From: Eubacteriales bacterium
GTDB lineage: Bacteria; Bacillota; Clostridia; Oscillospirales; SIG627
Assembly (NCBI GenBank): GCA_045657125.1
Contig: JAZOSM010000084.1
Coordinates: forward strand, 1 to 44,702
DNA: 44,702 nt
Reading direction: 5' to 3'
Position numbers and translations under genes: made by a program. Shown here piece by piece: positions 1-8,970 of the stretch. The notes below the pieces were generated by a model. It was not told the DNA's origin. It saw only the letters and a program-made list of their open reading frames with translations, and searched no databases. Within the stretch, counting starts at the first letter, position 1; every line of letters starts with the position of its first letter.

Positions 1-4
1 AACT

Positions 5-1255
5 TTGACTGAGCCCGGTAAAAATAGCCCTTATCGCGACAGAAGCGTTGAAGAAAACCTCACTTTGTTTGAAAAAATGAAAAACGGTCAATTTGCCGAC
101 GGTGCATGTACCTTGCGTGCAAAGATTGATATGGCATCTCCCAATATGAATATGAGAGATCCTGCAATTTATCGTATCGCGCATACTTCTCATCACAGAC
201 AGGGAAGCAAATGGTGTATTTATCCTTTGTACGATTTTGCTCATCCCATCCAGGATGCTTTGGAAGGCATTACCCACTCTATGTGTTCTATTGAGTTCGA
301 AAACCACAGACCTCTGTATGATTGGGTAGTCGATCATATTGGTTTTGAAAAGAAACCCCATCAATATGAATTTGCAAGATTGAACGTTACGCATACCGTA
401 ATGAGTAAACGCTATTTGCGTCAGCTTGTAGAAACCCAGACCGTTGACGGTTGGGATGATCCTCGTATGCCTACCTTGTGTGGCTTGAGAAGACGCGGTT
501 ATACTCCTTCTGCGATTTTTGAATTTGTAAAGCGCGCGGGAATTTCCAAGGCTTACAGTATCGTTGATATTGGATTGCTTGAGCACTGCATTCGCGATGA
601 ATTGAATTTCAATGCACCCAGACGAATCGCCGTTCTTGATCCTGTTAAGGTAGTTATTGAAAATTACCCCGAAGATAAGGTGGAAGAATTTCCTCAGAAC
701 AATAATCCCAACGATGAAAACGCAGGTACGCGTCTTGTTCCTTTTACACGCGAGATTTACATTGAGCGCGGTGATTTCAGAACCGAGAAGGTTCCGAAAT
801 TCCATCGTCTGTATCCTGAAAACGAGGTTCGTTTGATGGGTGCTTACGTAATTAAGTGCGTAGGTTATGAGACGGATGAGAATGGACAGATTACTTTGAT
901 TCGTGCAACTGCAGATCTGGAAACCGGTGGTAAAAATCCTGCTGACGGCAGAAAAATTAAGGGTACGATTCATTGGGTTTCCGCAAACAACTGCTTCGAC
1001 GCTGATATTTACAAGTTCGGAAGACTTTTTGCCGAGGAAAATTTGATTTCTCTCCCTGAAGGCAAAAATTACGGCGATTATTTGAATCCCGATTCAAAAG
1101 AGCTTTTGAAGAACTGTAAACTCGAACTTTCTTTGAAAGAAGCAAAGCCCGGTGATCGCTTCCAGTTTGTTCGAAACGGTTATTTCTGCATGGATACCAA
1201 ATACGAAAATACGTTTAACGGTATCGTAGAATTGAAAGAAAGCAAAAATAAATAA
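5..1255 (+). CDS. glnS: glutamine--tRNA ligase, C-terminal ~416 aa (5' end lies upstream of the window)
   Basis: Frame is open to the window edge. Has a class-I VMSKR (KMSKS-type) motif and a GlnRS-type C-terminus (GTIHWVS, RFQFVRNGYFCMD). Confidence 0.9.
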   Translation: MTEPGKNSPYRDRSVEENLTLFEKMKNGQFADGACTLRAKIDMASPNMNMRDPAIYRIAHTSHHRQGSKWCIYPLYDFAHPIQDALEGITHSMCSIEFENHRPLYDWVVDHIGFEKKPHQYEFARLNVTHTVMSKRYLRQLVETQTVDGWDDPRMPTLCGLRRRGYTPSAIFEFVKRAGISKAYSIVDIGLLEHCIRDELNFNAPRRIAVLDPVKVVIENYPEDKVEEFPQNNNPNDENAGTRLVPFTREIYIERGDFRTEKVPKFHRLYPENEVRLMGAYVIKCVGYETDENGQITLIRATADLETGGKNPADGRKIKGTIHWVSANNCFDADIYKFGRLFAEENLISLPEGKNYGDYLNPDSKELLKNCKLELSLKEAKPGDRFQFVRNGYFCMDTKYENTFNGIVELKESKNK

Positions 1256-1265
1256 GAATTAAAAA

Positions 1266-1313
1266 AGATCCTCCTTTGGTAGTGATAGAAGCTGCCTTGG
1301 GAGGATTTTTTTG
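1266..1313 (+). terminator. rho-independent terminator after glnS
   Basis: Stem ATCCTCC / GGAGGAT followed by a T-run. Confidence 0.6.
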
Positions 1314-1328
1314 ATTAAAGATATCAAC

Positions 1329-1361
1329 AAAAAACTGACACCACTTATAAAGCGGTGTCAG
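1329..1361 (-). terminator. rho-independent terminator of the 107-aa gene
   Basis: Stem CTGACACC / GGTGTCAG. The A-run on the + strand gives a T-run on the - strand. Confidence 0.6.
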
Positions 1362-1398
1362 TATGTTGAAAAAAGTGAATTTTAAAACGGGGAATTCT

Positions 1399-1722
1399 TT
1401 ATTCTTCTACGGGAGCAGGGGTTTCTTCTGCGATAGTGAAGTTAATATCATCAGCGCTGGTCTCGGAGAAAAAGTCGTGATCACAGCAATCGCAATCATC
1501 AGAACACCAATCATCGCCTTCACAAACGAATTTCTCATCAAGAGATTCACGGTATTCCTGGTAAAGCAGATAAGCTCCGCCAAGACCGCTCAAAACGCCA
1601 ACGCCAAACAATGCGCGGGAAAGCTCTTTTTTGCGTTCAGCAAAAATCAAAGAAAGAACAATGCTGGTAAATGCTTCTGCTACAAGGCAAATTGCTACGA
1701 TAAATTTGGTTTTTTTGTTCAT
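1399..1722 (-). CDS. small membrane protein with an acidic Cys/Asp-rich tail (hypothetical)
   Basis: Strong RBS (AGAGGAGAA) before the ATG. Two hydrophobic segments, then CEGDDWCSDDCDCCDHD. The overlapping + ORF has no RBS. Confidence 0.6.
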   Translation of the reverse strand: MNKKTKFIVAICLVAEAFTSIVLSLIFAERKKELSRALFGVGVLSGLGGAYLLYQEYRESLDEKFVCEGDDWCSDDCDCCDHDFFSETSADDINFTIAEETPAPVEE

Positions 1723-1737
1723 AATATTCTCCTCTTT

Positions 1738-2859
1738 CTATTTATTATTTTTTTCACTTGATTTGAAAATCAAGTAAGCATTCATAAACTCATCCAAGTT
1801 GCCATCCATTACCTTGTTAATGTCACCGTCTTCATAGGAGGTGCGGTGATCCTTTGCAAGGGTATAGGGCATAAAAACGTAAGAACGGATTTGTGCGCCC
1901 CATTCAATATTGGTTTTGGCGCCTTTAATATCCTCAATGCGTTCCAACTGCTCTCTTTCTTTGATTTCGAGAAGCTTGGATTTCAGCATTTTTAAGGCAG
2001 TTTCTTTGTTTTGCAACTGACTGCGCTCATTTTGACATCCTACGATGATGCCTGTAGGAATATGCTTGATACGAATTGCAGAGTCGGTTTTGTTAACGTG
2101 CTGACCGCCTGCGCCGCTGGCTCTGTGAGCTTCGATTTCCAAATCTTCGTCTCGGATCTCTATTTTGATTTTATCATCAAATTCGGGCATTACCTCGACG
2201 GAAGAAAATGATGTGTGGCGACGTCCGGAGGAGTCAAACGGAGACACGCGAACCAAGCGATGAACACCGGATTCGGATTTTAAATAACCGTATGCAAAAT
2301 CTCCTTCGACCAAGAACGTTACACTTTTGATTCCTGCTTCATCACCGTCAAGATAATCCAAAACTTTGAAACGAAATCCTCGGCGTTCAGAAAAACGCAT
2401 ATACATTCGATAGAGCATTTCAGCCCAATCCTGAGCTTCGGTACCGCCGGCACCGGGGTGAATCGAAACGATGGCGTTGCTTCGGTCATACTCGCCTGAA
2501 AGAAGCAGCTTGATTTTTTGCTCCTCGTATGATTTTTCAATGGTTCGAATATCGGCCAAAATATCTTCCGTAAAACTTTCATCCTCGTCTGCAATGGCAA
2601 GATCCAAAAGCTCCATTGTAGAATCGAATAGGGAAGAAAGATCGTCGTAATCCGTAACCACGTCTTTGACTGCCTTTAACTCACCAAGAACCTTTTGAGA
2701 ATTATCAGGATCGTTCCAAAAATCAGGTCCTGATGCAACCTCCTCAAGTTCCTTACACTTTTCTTTTAATGCGTCAATATTTAATGAAGATGCAAGCTCA
2801 ACAATTTTGGGTTGAAAATCTCTCATTTGCTGTCTTGCTTGTTCCAGCTGGATAATCAA
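1738..2859 (-). CDS. prfB: peptide chain release factor 2
   Basis: SPF tripeptide (VSPFDSSGRRHTSF) and GGQ ([11 protein letters not shown]). TTG start with GGAGG 7 nt upstream. Single uninterrupted frame. Confidence 0.93.
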   Translation of the reverse strand: MIIQLEQARQQMRDFQPKIVELASSLNIDALKEKCKELEEVASGPDFWNDPDNSQKVLGELKAVKDVVTDYDDLSSLFDSTMELLDLAIADEDESFTEDILADIRTIEKSYEEQKIKLLLSGEYDRSNAIVSIHPGAGGTEAQDWAEMLYRMYMRFSERRGFRFKVLDYLDGDEAGIKSVTFLVEGDFAYGYLKSESGVHRLVRVSPFDSSGRRHTSFSSVEVMPEFDDKIKIEIRDEDLEIEAHRASGAGGQHVNKTDSAIRIKHIPTGIIVGCQNERSQLQNKETALKMLKSKLLEIKEREQLERIEDIKGAKTNIEWGAQIRSYVFMPYTLAKDHRTSYEDGDINKVMDGNLDEFMNAYLIFKSSEKNNK

Positions 2860-2890
2860 ATTATTTCCTCCAAGTACTTTCTTACACTTT

Positions 2891-2919
2891 ATTATACTAT
2901 GGAGATTGAAATTTGTAAA
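2891..2919 (-). promoter_or_regulatory. sigma-A-type promoter for prfB
   Basis: On the - strand: TTTACA, 17-nt spacer, TATAAT. Confidence 0.5.
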
Positions 2920-2927
2920 TATTGTTT

Positions 2928-3287
2928 TTACAAATTTTCAGGCTTTCCGCTGAAAAACATGGAAATTAGCAAAGAAAAAACAATAGCCGCGCAAATTCCT
3001 CCTCCGGTGCTTTCCAATCCTCCCGTAAATATTCCGATGAAACCATTTTGATTTACGGATTCCTTCACTCCTTTTGCCAATGTATAACCGAAACCGGTTA
3101 ATGGAACACTTGCACCGCACTTAAAATGTTTGATGAGAGGTTCGTAAATTCCGATGGCTGTTAAAAAGACTCCCGAACACACGTAACCGGTCAAAATTCG
3201 GGCAGGGGTCAATCTCGTTTTATCGATGATAATCTGTGCGATTACACAAAAGATACCGCCTAAAATAAAAGCTTTTAAATAATCCAT
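2928..3287 (-). CDS. spoVAE: stage V sporulation protein AE (SpoVAEB-type)
   Basis: 119-aa membrane protein with the SpoVAE signature (GASVPLTGFG, GIFTGGLE). Lies directly downstream of spoVAD. Confidence 0.85.
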   Translation of the reverse strand: MDYLKAFILGGIFCVIAQIIIDKTRLTPARILTGYVCSGVFLTAIGIYEPLIKHFKCGASVPLTGFGYTLAKGVKESVNQNGFIGIFTGGLESTGGGICAAIVFSLLISMFFSGKPENL

Positions 3288-3288
3288 A

Positions 3289-4293
3289 TTATCCCTCTCC
3301 GGTGATTCGAACCAAGTGAGAAACGCCTGGTATCGTTTCTTTTTGAAGTACGGTTGTGCTGTTCAAAAGAGCACCTGTTCCTATCAATAAAATGTCTTTC
3401 AACTCTTTTCTTTTGAATTGCTCGTATATTTTCGAACAAAAAACAATCGCTGAACAACCACAGCCCGAACCTCCGCTGTTAACTTTTTGCGTGTTTTGAT
3501 CGTAAAGCATTTTTCCGCAATCATTGCTGTTTACGGATAGGTCAAGTCCTTGTCTCTTACAAAGATCCAAAAAAATTTCGTGTCCTTCAAATCCCAAATC
3601 GCCCGTTAAGATTAAATCAAAATTTTTGGAGGAAGCGCCGCTTTCTTTAAAATACCGAATGACGGTATCAGCACAGGAAGGCGCCATCGCAGCGCCCATA
3701 TTATTCGCATCAACAATACCTTGATCCCGAATGATACCCGGCAAAAATTCTGTTATCCGCAGATTATCTTCATTGTTCTCCGATAAAACTACGGCGCCTG
3801 ATCCCGTTACGGTGTTTTGTGCAGACGGCGGACGTTGGCATCCGTATTCCAATGGAAAACGATATTGTCGTTCGGCGGAACAAAAATGGGAAGACGCTTC
3901 GGACAAAACGTTGCTTGCAAGCCCGCTTTCAATTGCTATTGCTCCCATACCCAAAGACAAGGCAAAAGTTGAACACGCTCCGTAAAGACCGATATGAGGG
4001 ATTTTCTTGTCCTTTAAGCCGAAACAAGATGCGGCGCATTGATTGGTTAAGTCTCCGGAAAAGGCAAGATCAATTTGATCATAATTCAGACCTGCTTTTT
4101 TGATTGCGATTTCGCTGCTTTCGCGAACCATTTCCGCCTCGGCTTTCTCCCAGGTGTCCATTCCGAATTTGCTATCTTCACAGGTAACGTCGAAATAATC
4201 TTTCAGAAGGCCTTCGCTTTCCATTTTTCCTGCAACCGCAGAACAAGATTGAATGTTAATTTTCTTTTGAAACCGTATTGTTTTCCTAGGCAT
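3289..4293 (-). CDS. spoVAD: stage V sporulation protein AD
   Basis: 334 aa, thiolase-like SpoVAD pattern with conserved spoVAD-spoVAE order. Confidence 0.88.
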   Translation of the reverse strand: MPRKTIRFQKKINIQSCSAVAGKMESEGLLKDYFDVTCEDSKFGMDTWEKAEAEMVRESSEIAIKKAGLNYDQIDLAFSGDLTNQCAASCFGLKDKKIPHIGLYGACSTFALSLGMGAIAIESGLASNVLSEASSHFCSAERQYRFPLEYGCQRPPSAQNTVTGSGAVVLSENNEDNLRITEFLPGIIRDQGIVDANNMGAAMAPSCADTVIRYFKESGASSKNFDLILTGDLGFEGHEIFLDLCKRQGLDLSVNSNDCGKMLYDQNTQKVNSGGSGCGCSAIVFCSKIYEQFKRKELKDILLIGTGALLNSTTVLQKETIPGVSHLVRITGEG

Positions 4294-4312
4294 AGTTTTC
4301 TCCCGTTTTTTT

Positions 4313-4341
4313 TAGTATGCAGTTCTTTGGAAAAATTATTC
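4313..4341 (-). promoter_or_regulatory. forespore sigma-G/sigma-F-type promoter for spoVAD-spoVAE
   Basis: On the - strand: GAATA, 17-nt spacer, CATACTA. Matches the B. subtilis consensus GHATR-N17/18-CATXHTA and lies ~20 nt upstream of the ATG. Confidence 0.55.
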
Positions 4342-4353
4342 GCCCGGGAAATC

Positions 4354-4386
4354 AAAAAAAGAAGACCGCAAAATCGATCTTCTTTT
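4354..4386 (-). terminator. terminator after the CofE-like gene
   Basis: On the - strand: stem AAGAAGATCG / CGGTCTTCTT (one mismatch) followed by a T-run. Confidence 0.55.
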
Positions 4387-4392
4387 TCTGAA

Positions 4393-5595
4393 TTAGTTGT
4401 TTGTATAGTTGTCGAAATAGCCTTGAACCAAAACAACAGGCGTTCCTTTGTCACCAGAACCGCTTGTCAAGTCGCAGAGAGAACCGATCAAGTCGGTAAG
4501 CTGACGGGGAGTAGTACCCTGAGAAGCCATATTGCCAACGAGGTTTTCGTTCTTCTTTTTGATGCTTTCTGCGATTGCCTTCTTCAGTTCCTCGCCGGAA
4601 AGATCCTTATAATCGTTGTCAGCAAGGTACTTCAGTTTCAATTCGTTGGGAGTACCGATGAGACCGTCGGTAAATGCGGGGGATACAACCGGGTCAGCCA
4701 GTTCCCAAATCTTACCTTGGGGATCCTTGAAAGCGCCATCGCCGTAAACCATAACCTCTACGTGCTTACCGGTAGCTTCCAGAATCTTTTTCTGAATGTC
4801 AAGCACCAAGGGCTTGCATTCTCTGGGGAAGAGCTTAACCTTGTCCTCGGTAGCCTTGTTGGAACCAAGCAAACCGTACTTTTCGTTGAAACCGCTTCCA
4901 TCTATGGAGGAGGTCAGGATTTCATCCAAGCCATAAACAGCCTTAGCACCGTGCTTTTTCAAGAGACGCTTGGTTCTTGCGCGGGTGTGGATGTCGCAGG
5001 TAAGGATGTGATCTGCGTAGGGGAGTACGTACTTTGCCTGGTTACCGAAAATGATTTCTACTTCAGCGCCTTCTTCGCGAATCAAATCTGCATAATACTG
5101 TACATAGTCTACACCGGTAAATTCGTGTTTGTTTTCGCCGAAAAGTTCTCTGTATTTTTCAAGAGAGAGTACGTCGGTATAGGGATCGATTCCTGCTTCG
5201 TCGATTTTGTCAATGCTAACAAGCTCGTTACCAACCTCATCGGAGGGATAACTAAGCATCAGAACGATTTTCTTAGCGCCACGTGCAATACCTCTCAGAC
5301 AAATCGCAAAGCGATTTCTGGAGAGAATGGGGAAGATTACGCCGACGGTTTCGCCGCCGAGCTTATTCTTAACGTCCTGAGCGATACTGTCGATCGAAGC
5401 GTAGTTACCCTGTGCGCGAGCTACGATAGACTCGGTCATAGAGATAACGTCACGGTCACGAATCTCAAAGCCTTCTGCTGCTGCAGCTTCTAAAACGCTT
5501 TCGGAAACGATTTGAGCGAGATCATCGCCTTCACGAATGATAGGACAACGAATACCTCTGGAAACCGTACCAACTCTTCTCATGTTTTCTTCCAT
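4393..5595 (-). CDS. CofE-family (F420-0:gamma-glutamyl ligase-like) protein with a large internal insertion
   Basis: N-terminal PIIREGDDLAQIV...ESIVARAQG and C-terminal TSGSGDKGTPVVLVQG resemble CofE. RBS AAGGTGGA. Confidence 0.6.
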   Translation of the reverse strand: MEENMRRVGTVSRGIRCPIIREGDDLAQIVSESVLEAAAAEGFEIRDRDVISMTESIVARAQGNYASIDSIAQDVKNKLGGETVGVIFPILSRNRFAICLRGIARGAKKIVLMLSYPSDEVGNELVSIDKIDEAGIDPYTDVLSLEKYRELFGENKHEFTGVDYVQYYADLIREEGAEVEIIFGNQAKYVLPYADHILTCDIHTRARTKRLLKKHGAKAVYGLDEILTSSIDGSGFNEKYGLLGSNKATEDKVKLFPRECKPLVLDIQKKILEATGKHVEVMVYGDGAFKDPQGKIWELADPVVSPAFTDGLIGTPNELKLKYLADNDYKDLSGEELKKAIAESIKKKNENLVGNMASQGTTPRQLTDLIGSLCDLTSGSGDKGTPVVLVQGYFDNYTNN

Positions 5596-5709
5596 TTGAT
5601 TTGTTCCACCTTATTTTTAGCGTAGTTGCTTTTACGCAACCCTTAACAGATGTATTTTACTACAAAATTTCTCATTGTTCAATATGTTTTTGAAAAAAAA
5701 TCGAAATCA

Positions 5710-5738
5710 TTGACATTTTTTTGCTTTTAATCTATACT
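5710..5738 (+). promoter_or_regulatory. sigma-A-type promoter for the Nudix gene
   Basis: TTGACA, 17-nt spacer, TATACT. Confidence 0.55.
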
Positions 5739-5767
5739 CAATTTGTATTTTGTTTTTGGAGAAAAAT

Positions 5768-6664
5768 ATGGTTTTTCGTTTTTATAATCCCGGGAAAATC
5801 CCCGATGAAAAAATTAGTAGGGTAGCGGTTTCGATTCGCTGTGATGCAAAGTGGCTCTTTGGTTTCGTTTTGCCGTCTATGACTTGGGATTTACCCGAGA
5901 GTAATCGATTTAAAGGCGAATCAATTGACGATGCCGCAAAGCGAATTTTGGATTCCGTAGAGCATTTAAAAGTTGATGAAATTCGAATGATCTGTCCGTA
6001 TTCCTATGACGAGAACGGCGAGACGGTTTACGGCGTTTTGTTTTTTGTTTCTGCCTCTGCCGTACCATCTGGCGAAGACTTCCGCTTGTTCGATAAGCTT
6101 CCCGATGATTTGCATAGGCCTGTGATTACCCGTCGCTTGTTTACCGGCACGCAAGGGTGGCTGAATATGCAGACCAATGCCGACGAGCTTTGGGACGTGT
6201 ACGATGCAAATCGAAATCTGACGGGCAGACTTCACCGCCGGGGTGATTTTCTTCCTGATGGTGATTATCATCTCGTCGTACATATCTGGCTTTTAAATTC
6301 CAAAGGTGAATTTTTGCTGACAAAACGTGCTCCCAACAAAGGATTTCCAAATACATGGGAAACCTCGGGAGGAGCTGCTCAGGCAGGAGATGATAGTTTA
6401 ACCGCTGCTTTGCGTGAGGTACGTGAGGAAACCGGCTTAATCGCAAAGGCAGAAAACGCCGAGCGAATTTTTGAATTTCGCAGAGAAGACGATTTTTGCG
6501 ATGTATGGCTGGTGCGCCAGGATTTCAGTTTGTCCGACGTTGTGCTTTTACCCGGAGAAACCATTGATAAAATGTATGTCCATTACGATAAGCTTTTGGG
6601 AATGCGTCAAAACAAAGAGCTGATTCCTTATTCTTATTTACCCGACCTTTTAAATCTTATTTAA
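5768..6664 (+). CDS. Nudix hydrolase with a degenerate N-terminal Nudix-like domain
   Basis: C-terminal Nudix box GGAAQAGDDSLTAALREVREETGL. ATG at 5768 follows GGAG; the track start at 5750 is TTG without an RBS. Confidence 0.75.
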   Translation: MVFRFYNPGKIPDEKISRVAVSIRCDAKWLFGFVLPSMTWDLPESNRFKGESIDDAAKRILDSVEHLKVDEIRMICPYSYDENGETVYGVLFFVSASAVPSGEDFRLFDKLPDDLHRPVITRRLFTGTQGWLNMQTNADELWDVYDANRNLTGRLHRRGDFLPDGDYHLVVHIWLLNSKGEFLLTKRAPNKGFPNTWETSGGAAQAGDDSLTAALREVREETGLIAKAENAERIFEFRREDDFCDVWLVRQDFSLSDVVLLPGETIDKMYVHYDKLLGMRQNKELIPYSYLPDLLNLI

Positions 6665-6685
6665 TTTCTAATTTTGAGGTGTATT

Positions 6686-7735
6686 ATGGATCAAATTTCT
6701 AAAATTGACAAAAATTTTGAAGTGAAAACGAAGCTTGAGCTTGAAAACGTGCGTTTTTATTCTGCCCTTGAAGCGCCTTTTTCCTTGCATGGGGTCTTTT
6801 ATAAAGATGGACTTTTTCGCAGAATGCCCGAAGAAGTTGCCAAAAAAGTAAGTGACGGCGTGTTTAGACTTCATAGTCATACGGCAGGCGGTCGACTTCG
6901 TTTTCGTACCGACAGCAGCTATATTGCTATCAAAGCGGTTATGCCGCAGGTTGCCAAGATGCCCCATTTTGCTTTGACAGGCTCTGCAGGCTTCGATCTT
7001 TACAAAGGCGAAACAGAACAATATGTCGGCACGTTTACGCCTCCTTTTGGCATTGTAAATGAATATGAAAACGTGATCAAACTGAAAAACGAAGGTATCT
7101 GTGATTATACCATCAATTTCCCGCTGTATAGCTCGATCAGTGAGCTTTATATCGGTCTGGAAGAAATGGCTACCGTTTTAGAACCCGCGCCTTATAAAAT
7201 TGAGAAGCCTGTTGTCTTCTACGGCTCATCTATTACTCAAGGCGGCTGCGCGTCAAGACCCGGCAACTGCTACGAAAGCCGCGTTTCCAGAGCCTTATCC
7301 TCTGACTATATCAATCTCGGCTTTTCGGGTAACTGCAGAGCAGAGGAAGAAATGGCACATTATCTGAAGGACCTTGAGATGTCTGCTTTCATTTACGATT
7401 ACGATCACAATTCACGCACGCCGAAGTTTTTGTCAGAAACGCATAGCAAATTTTTTGAGATCATTCGTGCCGCTAATCCCGACCTTCCCATTTTGATTTT
7501 GTCCCGTCCTGAGCCCGTTCTGGTAGGAAATGCTTTGTTAAGCCGCGACGTCATCAAAAAGACTTGTACGGATTCCAGGGAGAAAGGGGACAAGAACGTG
7601 TATTTTCTTGATGGACCTGCCTTGATGAAAATCGCCGGATTCGACGGTACGGTAGATAATTGCCACCCCAACGATCTCGGTTTCTATTCCATGGCGGAGG
7701 CAGTAATTGAAGTTTTAAAACCTATATTAAAATGA
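6686..7735 (+). CDS. SGNH/GDSL hydrolase with an N-terminal GxDLY domain
   Basis: GSAGFDLY motif, block I FYGSSITQG, and C-terminal DNCHPNDLG (DxxH). ATG at 6686 follows GAGGTG. Confidence 0.75.
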   Translation: MDQISKIDKNFEVKTKLELENVRFYSALEAPFSLHGVFYKDGLFRRMPEEVAKKVSDGVFRLHSHTAGGRLRFRTDSSYIAIKAVMPQVAKMPHFALTGSAGFDLYKGETEQYVGTFTPPFGIVNEYENVIKLKNEGICDYTINFPLYSSISELYIGLEEMATVLEPAPYKIEKPVVFYGSSITQGGCASRPGNCYESRVSRALSSDYINLGFSGNCRAEEEMAHYLKDLEMSAFIYDYDHNSRTPKFLSETHSKFFEIIRAANPDLPILILSRPEPVLVGNALLSRDVIKKTCTDSREKGDKNVYFLDGPALMKIAGFDGTVDNCHPNDLGFYSMAEAVIEVLKPILK

Positions 7736-7770
7736 AAAAAAGGTTGACCGATTCGGTCAACCTTTTTTTG
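7735..7770. terminator. bidirectional terminator between convergent genes
   Basis: A-run, stem GGTTGACC / GGTCAACC, T-run. Confidence 0.7.
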
Positions 7771-7772
7771 GA

Positions 7773-8444
7773 TTATAAAATATCGTCAAGGGCGTTGAGG
7801 AAAAGGTCACGATAAATATCGTAGCCTTCCTGGGTGAAGTGTATTTGATCGTCTACCCAAATGTCTTGACGCACTTTGCTGTAATCTCCTGCATCTGCAG
7901 AATCTTCGTAAAAACCGTGCCAAGCGGACTGACAAACGTAAATACAATCCTCGTTCTCATCGCAATAATCTTTCAAAAGCTTATTATATTGCGATGCAAG
8001 TCTTTGCCACATTTTACTTCCTATAAAACGCTTGTGGGGCATTGCATCACACAAATAAAGCCGTACTCCCGGGAAATCGGCTCTTGCCCAATTGCAAAAC
8101 TGCGCTATTAAATAGACAATTTCAACAGGAGAGTAGCCCATAGAAATATCATTGGGGAAAAAGCGCAATACGATGGCACGGGGTTCCCAAGGTCGAACCA
8201 TACGATTGTAATAATAAAGTCCTTCATCAATTGTAGATCCGCCAAAACCGTGGTTAATCGCAGCAGATGAACCGTCTTTCATGCGAATATCTTCCTCAAG
8301 AGGACGATGATTGTATTTGGGAGACCAGCGAGTAAAGCCGGATGAACCGTAAAAAAGAATTTTTCCTTTTTCAATCGGTTGAGATTCGAATTCGGCTGCA
8401 GTCTTTTCATAACGCTTCATTTTTGGAAGTTTTAATTCAAACAT
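7773..8444 (-). CDS. SGNH/GDSL-family hydrolase
   Basis: Block I FYGSSGF, block II GFGGST, block V DDQIHFT. Confidence 0.75.
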   Translation of the reverse strand: MFELKLPKMKRYEKTAAEFESQPIEKGKILFYGSSGFTRWSPKYNHRPLEEDIRMKDGSSAAINHGFGGSTIDEGLYYYNRMVRPWEPRAIVLRFFPNDISMGYSPVEIVYLIAQFCNWARADFPGVRLYLCDAMPHKRFIGSKMWQRLASQYNKLLKDYCDENEDCIYVCQSAWHGFYEDSADAGDYSKVRQDIWVDDQIHFTQEGYDIYRDLFLNALDDIL

Positions 8445-8485
8445 AAGTTGATCTCCTTTAAGCGAAATATTTTCACATTGAGATC

Positions 8486-8515
8486 ATTGTATCACAAGGC
8501 ATTCTCGTCGGTCAA
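8486..8515 (-). promoter_or_regulatory. sigma-A-type promoter (extended -10) for the 7773-8444 gene
   Basis: On the - strand: TTGACC, 18-nt spacer, TGaTACAAT. Confidence 0.45.
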
Positions 8516-8532
8516 TGCTTTTGAAAGGAATC

Positions 8533-8970
8533 TTAAAATAATGACGTTACCCAATAAATAACCCCATAAAACACACTCGCTACCGTGCCGTAAACAATAA
8601 CAGGTCCTGCAATTATAAACATTTTTGCGCCTACGCCTAAAACCCACCCCTCTGCTTTGTTGTCGATTGCGGGAGAGCACATTGCGTTTGCAAATCCTGT
8701 TATGGGCACTAGTGTTCCTGCACCTGCGGTCTTTGCTATTTTATCAAAAATACCGATTCCGGTTAACAGGCAGGCGAAAAAAATCAGTGTAATCGGTGTA
8801 ATTTTTTTTGATATTTCTTCGCTTATTCCAATTTTTTGTGAAAGATTCTGAATCAATTGTCCCAAAGCGCAGATTCCGCCACCAACTAAAAACGCAAAAC
8901 AACAATTTTTGAGAGTTGGGGTAGGGGAGTCGTGCTTTTTTACGAGTTTTGTATAGTCACTGTTTTTCAT
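8533..8970 (-). CDS. spoVAC: stage V sporulation protein AC
   Basis: 145-aa membrane protein with the SpoVAC pattern (NCCFAFLVGGGICALGQ, VPITGFANA). Confidence 0.88.
   Translation of the reverse strand: MKNSDYTKLVKKHDSPTPTLKNCCFAFLVGGGICALGQLIQNLSQKIGISEEISKKITPITLIFFACLLTGIGIFDKIAKTAGAGTLVPITGFANAMCSPAIDNKAEGWVLGVGAKMFIIAGPVIVYGTVASVFYGVIYWVTSLF

Noticed and set aside
1363-1761. 132-aa + strand ORF
   Set aside because: It overlaps the better-supported - strand 107-aa gene, which has an RBS and a terminator, and it runs into prfB.
4075-5493. 472-aa ORF on the + strand, the longest ORF in this region
   Set aside because: It is an antisense shadow of the CofE-like gene. The sequence is low-complexity (Phe/Leu/Val/Cys-rich), there is no RBS and no recognisable family, whereas the - strand frame has family motifs and an RBS.
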